This document shows, piece after piece, positions 17,895-25,655 of a DNA stretch of 64,000 nucleotides (positions are counted from its first letter, which is position 1; the number at the start of each line of letters is the position of its first letter). The notes under the pieces were generated by a model that was given only the letters and a program-made list of their open reading frames with translations, was not told the DNA's origin and made no database searches. The stretch covers positions 32,431-96,430 of the forward strand of contig JACQZN010000082.1 of assembly GCA_016213845.1 (NCBI GenBank). Reading direction: 5' to 3'. Source of the stretch: Candidatus Wallbacteria bacterium. Its GTDB lineage: Bacteria; Muiribacteriota; UBA6191; JACPRK01. The position numbers and the translations under genes are program-made.

Positions 17895-19064
17895 GTGGGG
17901 TTGGAGAAGCGCGACGTGCACCCATCGACGGATGGAGTTGGAAATGCCAGGCCGCGAATCCTGGTAGTGGACGACGATCCCGGCGTCCGGATGGTCCTGC
18001 GCGCTTACCTCGAAAACACCTATGAAGTAGTCGAGGCCGAAGAAGGGCAGCAGGCGCTGGACCTGATGCTGCAGCAATCGATGGACCTGGTGCTGCTGGA
18101 CGTCAAGATGCCGGGCATGTCCGGCTACGACCTGTGCCGGATGCTGAAGGGGCGTACGGCAGAGGAGTTTCTGCCGGTGCTGCTGCTGTCGGCGCTCGAT
18201 CAGCAAGAGAGCCGCAATGAGGGGCTTTCGGCCGGGGCCGACGACTTCCTCTCCAAGCCCGTCGATCGCCGGGAGCTCCTGCTGCGGGTGGCTGCGTTTC
18301 TGAAGATCCGGGAGCAGGCCGGACTCATCCGCAAGCAGCTGGCCGACCTGAAGCGGGTCCAGTATCTCAAGGACTACCTGTTCAAGCTGATCGTGCACGA
18401 CTTGCGGAACCCGCTGGCGAGCGTGGAAGGGTTCCTCAAGTTGCTGAAGGACGAACTGCCGGCCGGCTTCGAGCGGGAGCTGGGGAACTACCTGGATCGG
18501 GCGCTGGAGGGCACCGCGGATCTTTCGGAGATCCTGGAGGGCGTGGCCGAGGTCTACGTACTGGAAGAGGGCAAGAGGGCCCTGGCGCCGGAAGAGGTCC
18601 CGGTCAAGCTGATCCTCAACGAGGCGTCGCAGGCGATGGCCGGGGCCGCCGAACGGGTCGGGGCCGAGATACGGGTGGCGGTGGAAGGCGATCCCGTGTT
18701 GATGGTGGACCGGAAGCTGGCCCGGCGGTGCGTGGAGAACCTGATGGACAACGCGCTCACCTATTCCTGCGCGGATGATGCCGTGCTGGTGTTGGCGCGT
18801 CCCGAGGAGCGGGGGGCGGTGATTGAAGTGCTCGACAGGGGGCCCGGCATACCCGACGAACTGAAGGGATCGCTCTTCGAGAAGTTCGGATCGGTGGAGG
18901 GCTGGATGACCGCATCGAGACGCGGGGTCGGCCTGGGGCTGCACCTGGTGAAGCTGGTTGTGAGCGCGCACAACGGCACGGTCTCGGTGCACGACAGGGA
19001 GGGTGGGGGCAGCATCTTCCGGCTCTGGTTCCCGGGACCGGGCGGGGTTGGGAGTAGTCAGTAG
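17895..19064 (+). CDS. Hybrid response regulator-histidine kinase
   Basis: REC domain (VVDDD, LLDVKMP, SKP), H-box HDLRNPL, N-box NLMDNA, DRGPGI and GVGLGL. Confidence 0.92.
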   Translation: MGLEKRDVHPSTDGVGNARPRILVVDDDPGVRMVLRAYLENTYEVVEAEEGQQALDLMLQQSMDLVLLDVKMPGMSGYDLCRMLKGRTAEEFLPVLLLSALDQQESRNEGLSAGADDFLSKPVDRRELLLRVAAFLKIREQAGLIRKQLADLKRVQYLKDYLFKLIVHDLRNPLASVEGFLKLLKDELPAGFERELGNYLDRALEGTADLSEILEGVAEVYVLEEGKRALAPEEVPVKLILNEASQAMAGAAERVGAEIRVAVEGDPVLMVDRKLARRCVENLMDNALTYSCADDAVLVLARPEERGAVIEVLDRGPGIPDELKGSLFEKFGSVEGWMTASRRGVGLGLHLVKLVVSAHNGTVSVHDREGGGSIFRLWFPGPGGVGSSQ

Positions 19065-19213
19065 CCAGTAGACAGTAGCCAGTAGGGGCGGGGGGGCCGC
19101 CTTCGGAGCTGGCCGGTGCTCATGCTGGGCGTGCCGCCAACGGATTCCGCTCATCCTGAGCTTGTCGAAGGATGCCCCTCCAGGCGTGTTCCGTATCGAT
19201 TCTCGATTCTCGA
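19053..19213. repeat. Cluster of (CAGTAGN)n, a 25-nt REP-like unit CCGCTCATCCTGAGCTTGTCGAAGG (19147-19171) and (GATTCTC)n
   Basis: Each element has a reverse-complement counterpart at 22242-22455. Confidence 0.85.
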
Positions 19214-19219
19214 GAATGG

Positions 19220-19252
19220 AAAAACCCCCGGGGCTCTTGCGAGTCCCGGGGG
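19220..19252 (-). terminator. Rho-independent terminator of the SLH/porin gene
   Basis: Minus strand reads CCCCCGGGACTC-GCAA-GAGCCCCGGGGG followed by TTTTT, 30 nt after the stop codon. Confidence 0.85.
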
Positions 19253-19282
19253 AGACAGTAGCGGTCCTTCAGGAGGACGAGA

Positions 19283-20992
19283 CTAGAAGCGAACCTTGTA
19301 GTTGAGCTGGACCAGATCGTCGTCGACGTCCACGTTGTTCGTGGCGCCAGCGACGATGGCTCCGGCGGCATTGCGGACGCCGCCGCGGGCCTTGGTCTCG
19401 GGGGTCGAGTACTCCAGCTGCAGCATGCTGTTGGAGCTGACGTGGTGGTTCCACCCGACGGTCAGCACCTTGCCGGTGATCTCGGCGACGCCGAACTCGT
19501 CGCTCAGGTCCTCGTAGCGGACCGAAGCGTTGTTGTCGTCGCTGAACCGGTAGTTGACGAGCAGGCTGTAGGCGCGGCTCTCGACGCTGGGGTAGGACTC
19601 GGTAGCGAGGAGGGCCGGGTAGAGGCCGGCGGAGTAGCCGGCGGCGCCGAAGCCGACGCGAGCGGCGCCGACGGTGGCGGTGGCGCTGTCATTGGTGGCC
19701 TGGAAGTAGCTTCCCATGAAGCCCCAGTCCTCCCAGCCCCACCAGCCGGCGTTGAACTGCACGCCCTGCCAGGAGTTGCTGGCGACGGCGTCGGTGCGCA
19801 GGTCGGAGCCGCTGGTGAAGTAGCCGGCATCCCACCGGAAGCCGCCGTTGTACTTGTCGCCGGCCCAGGCGAAGGCGCCGATGCTGTCCTGGATCGCCGC
19901 GCCGGTGCCGTTGTTGTCGATGCTCTGGGGGCTGTCGCCGTAGACGGCCCTGCCGAGCGCGGCCGCGCCGCCCGAGAGCTGCCGCCAGGCCAGGAGTGAA
20001 CCGTCACGAGTGCTGCCGACGAACGGCGAGCTCGTGGCGCCGACCTGCCACTGGAAGCAGGAGTCCTTGGGCTGCCAGAGCGACGCGCCGACGTTGCGCA
20101 CGGCTTCCCAGGTTGCATCCTGGAAGGACGGGCTGATCGTCAGATCGAGCGACCTGGAGCCGAACCGGAGCTGGTTGGGGTAGTCGACCATCTCGGGATT
20201 GCGCTCCCGGGAGAAGGGAAGGGCGAACGTACCGACCTTGACGCGGACGTCGCCGTCGAGCAGCCAGCGCTCCATGTCGACGTAGGCCTCGTTGATCTGG
20301 ACGTTGTTGCCGCTGGCGAAGGCGCTGTCCTGGTCGGCGTCGAAGTCCATCTGGAGGTGCAGGTAGTAGTCGTCGTCGAAGTGCCGATCGAAGCTGACCG
20401 AGGTCTGCGCCATGTTGAAGAAGGTGCGGTCGGAGCCCTTGCCGGCGCCGCCATTCGGCACGCGGCCGATGTAGCGCTGGATGGGGCCCGTGGCGGCCGG
20501 AGCCGCGCCGCGGCCCTGGGCGCCCGTGGGGTCCTCACCGGTCATCACCAGGCGGCCTTGCAGCAACCCGCTGATCCCGGCCTTGGCGCCGCCGGCGGCG
20601 TAGTCCTTCTTGAGGCCGTCGACGTCCTTCTTCATGTCGGCCAGGCCTTCTTCGAGGCTGGAGACCTTCACGTTGAGGAGCGCCAGCTCGTCGGCGAACT
20701 CGATCACGAGCGCCTCGAGGTTCTGGATGTCCTTCTTGCTGTGCTTGCCGCCGCCCGAACCCATCTTGTCGAGCATCCGGGCGACGATGACGGCCATCTG
20801 GTAGCGCGTCACGGTCTTGCCGCCGCCGAACTTGCTGTCGTGCGTCGACATGATTCCGGCCTCGAGCGAGCGCTCGACGGCCTTGTAGGCCCAGTGGTCC
20901 TTCGGGACGTCCGAGAACGGGTTCGCCGCGAAGGCCGGTGTCGCCATCGACATGGCGAAGGCGACGATCATGGATTTGGTAAACCGCTTCAT
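19283..20992 (-). CDS. OmpM/SlpA-like outer-membrane protein: SLH domain + coiled coil + beta-barrel
   Basis: GGAGG SD; signal peptide MKRFTKSMIVAFAMSMATPAFA; SLH NPFSDVPKDHWAY..TRYQMA; EFADEL coiled coil; amphipathic strands ending in QLNYKVRF (terminal Phe). Confidence 0.88.
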   Translation of the reverse strand: MKRFTKSMIVAFAMSMATPAFAANPFSDVPKDHWAYKAVERSLEAGIMSTHDSKFGGGKTVTRYQMAVIVARMLDKMGSGGGKHSKKDIQNLEALVIEFADELALLNVKVSSLEEGLADMKKDVDGLKKDYAAGGAKAGISGLLQGRLVMTGEDPTGAQGRGAAPAATGPIQRYIGRVPNGGAGKGSDRTFFNMAQTSVSFDRHFDDDYYLHLQMDFDADQDSAFASGNNVQINEAYVDMERWLLDGDVRVKVGTFALPFSRERNPEMVDYPNQLRFGSRSLDLTISPSFQDATWEAVRNVGASLWQPKDSCFQWQVGATSSPFVGSTRDGSLLAWRQLSGGAAALGRAVYGDSPQSIDNNGTGAAIQDSIGAFAWAGDKYNGGFRWDAGYFTSGSDLRTDAVASNSWQGVQFNAGWWGWEDWGFMGSYFQATNDSATATVGAARVGFGAAGYSAGLYPALLATESYPSVESRAYSLLVNYRFSDDNNASVRYEDLSDEFGVAEITGKVLTVGWNHHVSSNSMLQLEYSTPETKARGGVRNAAGAIVAGATNNVDVDDDLVQLNYKVRF

Positions 20993-21247
20993 CAAATTTC
21001 CTCCGTTGAGTGGCAAGCCCCTGGTCACGGAGTCGGCGGCGAAGTGTCCACGTTTCCTTCGGTCGCTTCGTCCTTCGAGAGGCTGGCGTTCATCATCGAT
21101 TGAGATTCCCGTGTGGTTTCCCTGGTTGGCTCCTGCCGGATTCATTGCTCACACCTCCTTTCACCGGCCGAATCGGATGGACCGACCCGGGTCGACGGCC
21201 CGGACCACGCGCAGTGAGTGCCATGGCCCTGTTGCCGTCGTGGGGTT

Positions 21248-21275
21248 CATTAATGAGGCTTGGCCCCCGCGTCAA
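21248..21275 (-). promoter_or_regulatory. Candidate sigma70 promoter for the ompM-like gene
   Basis: Minus strand TTGACG followed about 15-16 nt later by AT-rich CATTAATG; spacing is imperfect. Confidence 0.4.
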
Positions 21276-21446
21276 AGCAGCGGCCAATCGAGCCAGTTCC
21301 GCGCCCCATGGAGGGCCCGGCCGCAAGCGGCATCGCCACGGGCACGACGCCGCGGACGGCACAAATCCGGCCGTTCGCGATGCGACCGCGTCTTCCCGGA
21401 TCGCCCCCGCGCCCCCCGGTTTTGATCGATTCCCCCCGAGGTTGGG

Positions 21447-22217
21447 TCAGGGGGCGGCGAAGTACCCGTCAGCGCCTTCGAGAACGCTCGAGATGAAGGA
21501 CCAGACCTCGTTCTCGACCCGCTCCCGCTCGAAGTCGAGTGTGATGACGTGGTAGCTGTTCTCGAGCACCAACTTCTTCTTGGACTTCGAGGCGGACTCC
21601 TCGATCAGGATCTGAGCGTCCTCCACGGGAACCGTGTGGTCGTCCTTCGCGTGGATGACCAGGAGCGGGCAGTCGACCTCGGGGAGATCCTCCCGGACGT
21701 GCCGGTTGAGACGCACCAGCTCATGGACGCCCCAGGTCGGCCAGACGTCGTAGCCGGTGAAGCTCCCCTTGGCATTCGGGTCCTTGATGTCCTCGCCCCC
21801 GCGCTTCGGATCGAACGGCATCACGTGCTTGACGAAACCAACGAAGGGGACACGCCAGTCCTTGGGGCGAAGGCCCGTGGCCAGGGTCGCGACGCCGTCC
21901 AGCGGATGGTGCGCCGCCAGGTGCAGGGCCAGCGCCCCGCCCATCGAGAGCCCCGAAGCGAAGACCCGGCCGCAATCTTTGCGCAGCTCCTCGAGGGAAT
22001 CGCGAACCGTTTGGTACCACTCCTGCCACGTCACCTTGTTCAGCTCTGCCGGCTCCGACGCGTGCCCGGGCAAGAGCGGAGCCAGTACGGTCATGCCCCG
22101 AGCATTCAGGAACTCGCCCAGCGGACGCATGTCGGCCGGCGAACCTGTGAATCCGTGGATCAAGAGGATTCCAGCGTCTCCCCCCGGGAGCCGGAATGGC
22201 TGTTGCTGCGGCAGCAC
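21447..22217 (-). CDS. Carboxylesterase, alpha/beta hydrolase (YvaK/Est30-like)
   Basis: LIHGFTGSP, GLSMGG nucleophile elbow, DHTVP and SYHVITLD. Confidence 0.92.
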   Translation of the reverse strand: MLPQQQPFRLPGGDAGILLIHGFTGSPADMRPLGEFLNARGMTVLAPLLPGHASEPAELNKVTWQEWYQTVRDSLEELRKDCGRVFASGLSMGGALALHLAAHHPLDGVATLATGLRPKDWRVPFVGFVKHVMPFDPKRGGEDIKDPNAKGSFTGYDVWPTWGVHELVRLNRHVREDLPEVDCPLLVIHAKDDHTVPVEDAQILIEESASKSKKKLVLENSYHVITLDFERERVENEVWSFISSVLEGADGYFAAP

Positions 22218-22241
22218 GGCCGCGACTCTAGCATGGGATGG

Positions 22242-22455
22242 GAGAATCGAGAATCGAGAATTGAGAATCGAGAATCGAGGAGTGAGAAGGGGGCGTCCTT
22301 CGACACGACCGCTTCGCGGTCTGCTCAGGATGAGCGGGGCTTCGACACGACCGCTTCGCGGTCTGCTCAGGATGACCCTTCGACAAGCTCAGGATGAGCG
22401 GGGCAGACGGGAGGTCGTGTCCCTGTTCCCTACTGGCTACTGACTACTGGCTACT
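22242..22455. repeat. (GAGAATC)x5, three tandem CTTCGACA-[hairpin]-GCTCAGGATGA REP-like units, and (CTACTGG)n
   Basis: Units start at 22298, 22340 and 22378; the first two carry a GACCGCTTCGCGGTC hairpin. Confidence 0.88.
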
Positions 22456-22591
22456 CTCTTCCATCTTCCGCACCGCGGCCGCGCTGCTATGATGCTCCGG
22501 TGGCAGGCCGGGGCAGGCCTCGCCGCGCGGGCTAGATTCAGATGCGAAGGCTCCACCGGGTAGATTCACTCCTCCGAAAGGGGCGCAGGCC

Positions 22592-23359
22592 ATGTCGATG
22601 ATCCGGGTCGAGGCGCTCTCGAAGTCGTTCGCGGGTCGGCCAGCGGTCGACGGGCTCGAGTTCGAGGTCGGCCCGGGCGAGATCTTCGGGTACCTGGGGC
22701 CCAACGGGGCCGGCAAGACGACGACCCAGCGCCTGCTGATGGGGTTGCTCAGGCCGACGGGCGGCCGGGCATCCATCGGAGGGTTCGACATCGTCGAGCG
22801 CTCTCTCGACGTGCGGCGGATCACCGGGTTCATGCCCGACACGCCGTTCCTCTACGAGTTCATGACGGCCCGGCAGTTCCTCGGCTTCGTCGCGGAGGTC
22901 CACGAGCTGTCGCCGCGCGAGGCGGTCGGCGCCGTCGTGCCGCTGCTGGAGCGCTTCGAGCTGGCGGGGCGCCTCGACAGCCGGCTCTCCGGCTATTCGT
23001 GGGGAATGACCAAGAAGCTGACGCTGGCCGCGCTCTTGGTCGCCCGGCCGAAGGTGCTGCTGCTGGACGAGCCGACCACCGGCATGGACCCTCGCAGCGT
23101 GCGGGTCATGAAGGACCTCATCCGAGACCTGGCCCAGTCGGGCTCGACGGTGCTGCTCTCGACCCACACGCTCTCCGTGGCCGAGGAGCTCTGCCATCGC
23201 GTGGCGATCCTGCGGCAGGGGCGCATCATTGCCGTCGGCACACCCGCCGAGCTTCGGACCCGGGCGGGCGCGGCCGGCCGCGACCTGGAATCCGTATTCC
23301 TCCAGCTGACGGCCGAAGAGAGCTCGGCGGCCGGGGCGCCGGTTCTCGCGGGCAAGTGA
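22592..23359 (+). CDS. ABC transporter ATP-binding protein (ABC-2 exporter type)
   Basis: GPNGAGKTT, YSWGM signature variant, LLLDEPT and STH. Confidence 0.95.
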   Translation: MSMIRVEALSKSFAGRPAVDGLEFEVGPGEIFGYLGPNGAGKTTTQRLLMGLLRPTGGRASIGGFDIVERSLDVRRITGFMPDTPFLYEFMTARQFLGFVAEVHELSPREAVGAVVPLLERFELAGRLDSRLSGYSWGMTKKLTLAALLVARPKVLLLDEPTTGMDPRSVRVMKDLIRDLAQSGSTVLLSTHTLSVAEELCHRVAILRQGRIIAVGTPAELRTRAGAAGRDLESVFLQLTAEESSAAGAPVLAGK

Positions 23360-23360
23360 G

Positions 23361-25655
23361 ATGAGCGCCGTCCGCCTGGCCTGGGTCCGGCTGGCCGACG
23401 CCTGGGTGCGCATGATCGCCAGTTCTCGCCCCTGGGTCCTGGCGGCGTACAGCGTCTTCTTGCCGGCCTTCTGGATAGGCTGCATGCGGCTGGCGCCCGA
23501 GCTGTACGCGGCGCTCGAGGCTTACGACGGCCGGTTCCTGGCGCCGTTCCTGGCGGCGCTGGCGCCGTGCCTGTGGCTGCTCCTGTTCTCGCAGCGCATC
23601 TACCAGATGCCCAGCCGCACGGGGGCGTGGCTCACGCACGACTTTCACTTCCTCCTCGGGATGCCACTTCCGCTGGGCCGGGTGATGCTGGCGGCGGCGG
23701 CCGTCTGGACGCTGGGGGACTTGCCGGTCATCCTGAGCGCAGCTGCTTTGATGGCCGGGTTCCTGAAAGCGATCCGGGCTACCGCCGCTCTGGGGCTGGT
23801 GGTTGCCGTCCTTGCCCTCTGGATGGTCGGGGCGGTCTTCCTGGCCCTCGGCGTGGGGCGTCTACTGTTCCACCGCTTCCACGAGCCGCGCCACCGGCTG
23901 GCGATGGCGGTTCTGGCGTCCCTTGCTGCCTTGCTGGTCTGGTCGGGGGCGGGCGAGGGGCCCGCGATCGATCGCCCTGAGCTTGCGCTGGCCTGGCTCG
24001 AGCGCCCGGTGCCGGCGACGGAGCCGACGCTGCTGGAGAGAACCGTCGTCTCCCTGGAGCCGCTGCTGACGACGCTCGAGCGGCTCAGGCCTCTTGCGCA
24101 GGTGTTTCCGCCGTACCAGCTCTACCTGGGTGCCGAGCGGATCGCCCGCGGCGACGCGGTCGGGTGGTGGAGGCTGCTGGCGGTGGCGGCCTTGCTGGGC
24201 GTCGTGACGCTCGGATTGCTGGCGCTCCTGGAGCCCTTCTCGCGGCGCGACTGGCTCGCATTGACCTGCCCGTCGCCGGAGGATTCGGAAGATGCGTCGG
24301 GTCGAATAGAAGTATTCTCGGACCGCCGAGTTACGGGGCTCGACGCCAAGGAGCTCGCCCTCTGGGGCCACTTCTGGGCGGGTCCGCTGGCGCTGGCGGC
24401 GGCCACCGGCTGGACCACCTGGTACCTCCTGGACAAGGGGTACTCCGTGCTGGCGGCGGCCAAGCTCCTGGGGATGGCCACCTGGATGGTCGGTAGCCTG
24501 GCGGGCGACTCGCTCTCCTGGGAGCGGCGCGGGTTGACTCTCTGTCAACTCCTGCCGCTGACACCGGGGCAGATCCTGGCGGCGAAGGCCCGGTGGGCCG
24601 CGCTGGTGGGCGTGGCCAGCCTGGTCGTCCCGTTTGCGCTGGTCGGAATCCTGGCCGACGCGGAGCCGTTCGCGGAGCTGGTCCGTGGCGTGCTCGTGCT
24701 GACCTTCCTCGTCTTCACGGCGGCCTTCGCAGGGGTCGCGATCGGGGCGCTTCTGCGCGACCTCTCGGGCCAGGGACAGCCTGGCATGGGGCCGCTTCTC
24801 GGCGCGCTGATGTGGCTCGGGCTCTGCGCGGCAATGGTGGCGCAGGTCTTCTTCACCAGCGGCTACGCCATCTTCGGAGGCCTCTTCTTCGACCTGCTGC
24901 TGGTGCTGGCCCTCTGGCAGCGCGCGTGCGTCCAGCTGGCGCACCAGCATGAGCTCGAGGAAGTCGCCAATGACCAGACCACCTTCGCCGATTCCGTCGT
25001 GGTCTTCCTTTTCGCCTATCTGCTGGTCGCCGTCGTCGCGCTGAAAGCGCAGGCGATGGGGGCCGGCACGGCGGCGGTCAACGCGCTGCGCGCCTACCTG
25101 CTGACGGCGCTCTTCCCGGTCGTGCTGGCCGGGCTCACGTGGGTCCACCTGCGCGTCCTGCGGGCACCGCTCGAGCAACCTGCGCCCGGGGGGCGCTGGA
25201 AGGACGTGGCGCTGGCCCTCGGACTCGCCGGATGCACCGTCTCTCTTTCGCTAGCCTACAGCTGGGCCGTGGCGCGCCTGGGTTGGGTCCGCACGTCGGA
25301 TCTCTCGGCCGGCGTCCAGCTGCTTCGCGGCCTGCTGAAGGACCTGCCGATGGCCCCGCTGCTGGTCTTCGGGCTGATGGGCGTGCTGGCGCCGCTGGCC
25401 GAGGAAGGCTTCTTCCGCGGGCTGTTCTACCAGGGCATCCGCCGGCTGCAACCGCACGACTACCGCATCGCCGTGCTCGCCAGCGCGCTGGCCTTCGGCC
25501 TGCTGCATCCCGCGGTCCACTTCCCCGTGCTCTTCGCCATGGGCACTGCGCTGGCCCTGCTCGTCGAGTGGCGAGGGTCGCTCTTCCCGGCGATGCTGGC
25601 GCATGCGCTCCACAACTCGGCGATGGTCCTCCTCTACCTGCGAGGGGGCTCCTGA
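23361..25655 (+). CDS. ABC-type permease fused to a C-terminal CPBP (CAAX/Abi) intramembrane metalloprotease
   Basis: Many TM helices; C-terminal APLAEEGFFRG, FGLLH and AHALHN motifs. Confidence 0.85.
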   Translation: MSAVRLAWVRLADAWVRMIASSRPWVLAAYSVFLPAFWIGCMRLAPELYAALEAYDGRFLAPFLAALAPCLWLLLFSQRIYQMPSRTGAWLTHDFHFLLGMPLPLGRVMLAAAAVWTLGDLPVILSAAALMAGFLKAIRATAALGLVVAVLALWMVGAVFLALGVGRLLFHRFHEPRHRLAMAVLASLAALLVWSGAGEGPAIDRPELALAWLERPVPATEPTLLERTVVSLEPLLTTLERLRPLAQVFPPYQLYLGAERIARGDAVGWWRLLAVAALLGVVTLGLLALLEPFSRRDWLALTCPSPEDSEDASGRIEVFSDRRVTGLDAKELALWGHFWAGPLALAAATGWTTWYLLDKGYSVLAAAKLLGMATWMVGSLAGDSLSWERRGLTLCQLLPLTPGQILAAKARWAALVGVASLVVPFALVGILADAEPFAELVRGVLVLTFLVFTAAFAGVAIGALLRDLSGQGQPGMGPLLGALMWLGLCAAMVAQVFFTSGYAIFGGLFFDLLLVLALWQRACVQLAHQHELEEVANDQTTFADSVVVFLFAYLLVAVVALKAQAMGAGTAAVNALRAYLLTALFPVVLAGLTWVHLRVLRAPLEQPAPGGRWKDVALALGLAGCTVSLSLAYSWAVARLGWVRTSDLSAGVQLLRGLLKDLPMAPLLVFGLMGVLAPLAEEGFFRGLFYQGIRRLQPHDYRIAVLASALAFGLLHPAVHFPVLFAMGTALALLVEWRGSLFPAMLAHALHNSAMVLLYLRGGS

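Noticed and set aside
20993..21247. Known riboswitch in the ompM-like leader
   Set aside because: No c-di-GMP, SAM, TPP or cobalamin consensus recognised by eye; an Rfam/Infernal scan would be needed.
22298..22403. Possible CRISPR array
   Set aside because: Units are nearly adjacent, with 2-6 nt between them and no unique spacers; no cas genes in the window.
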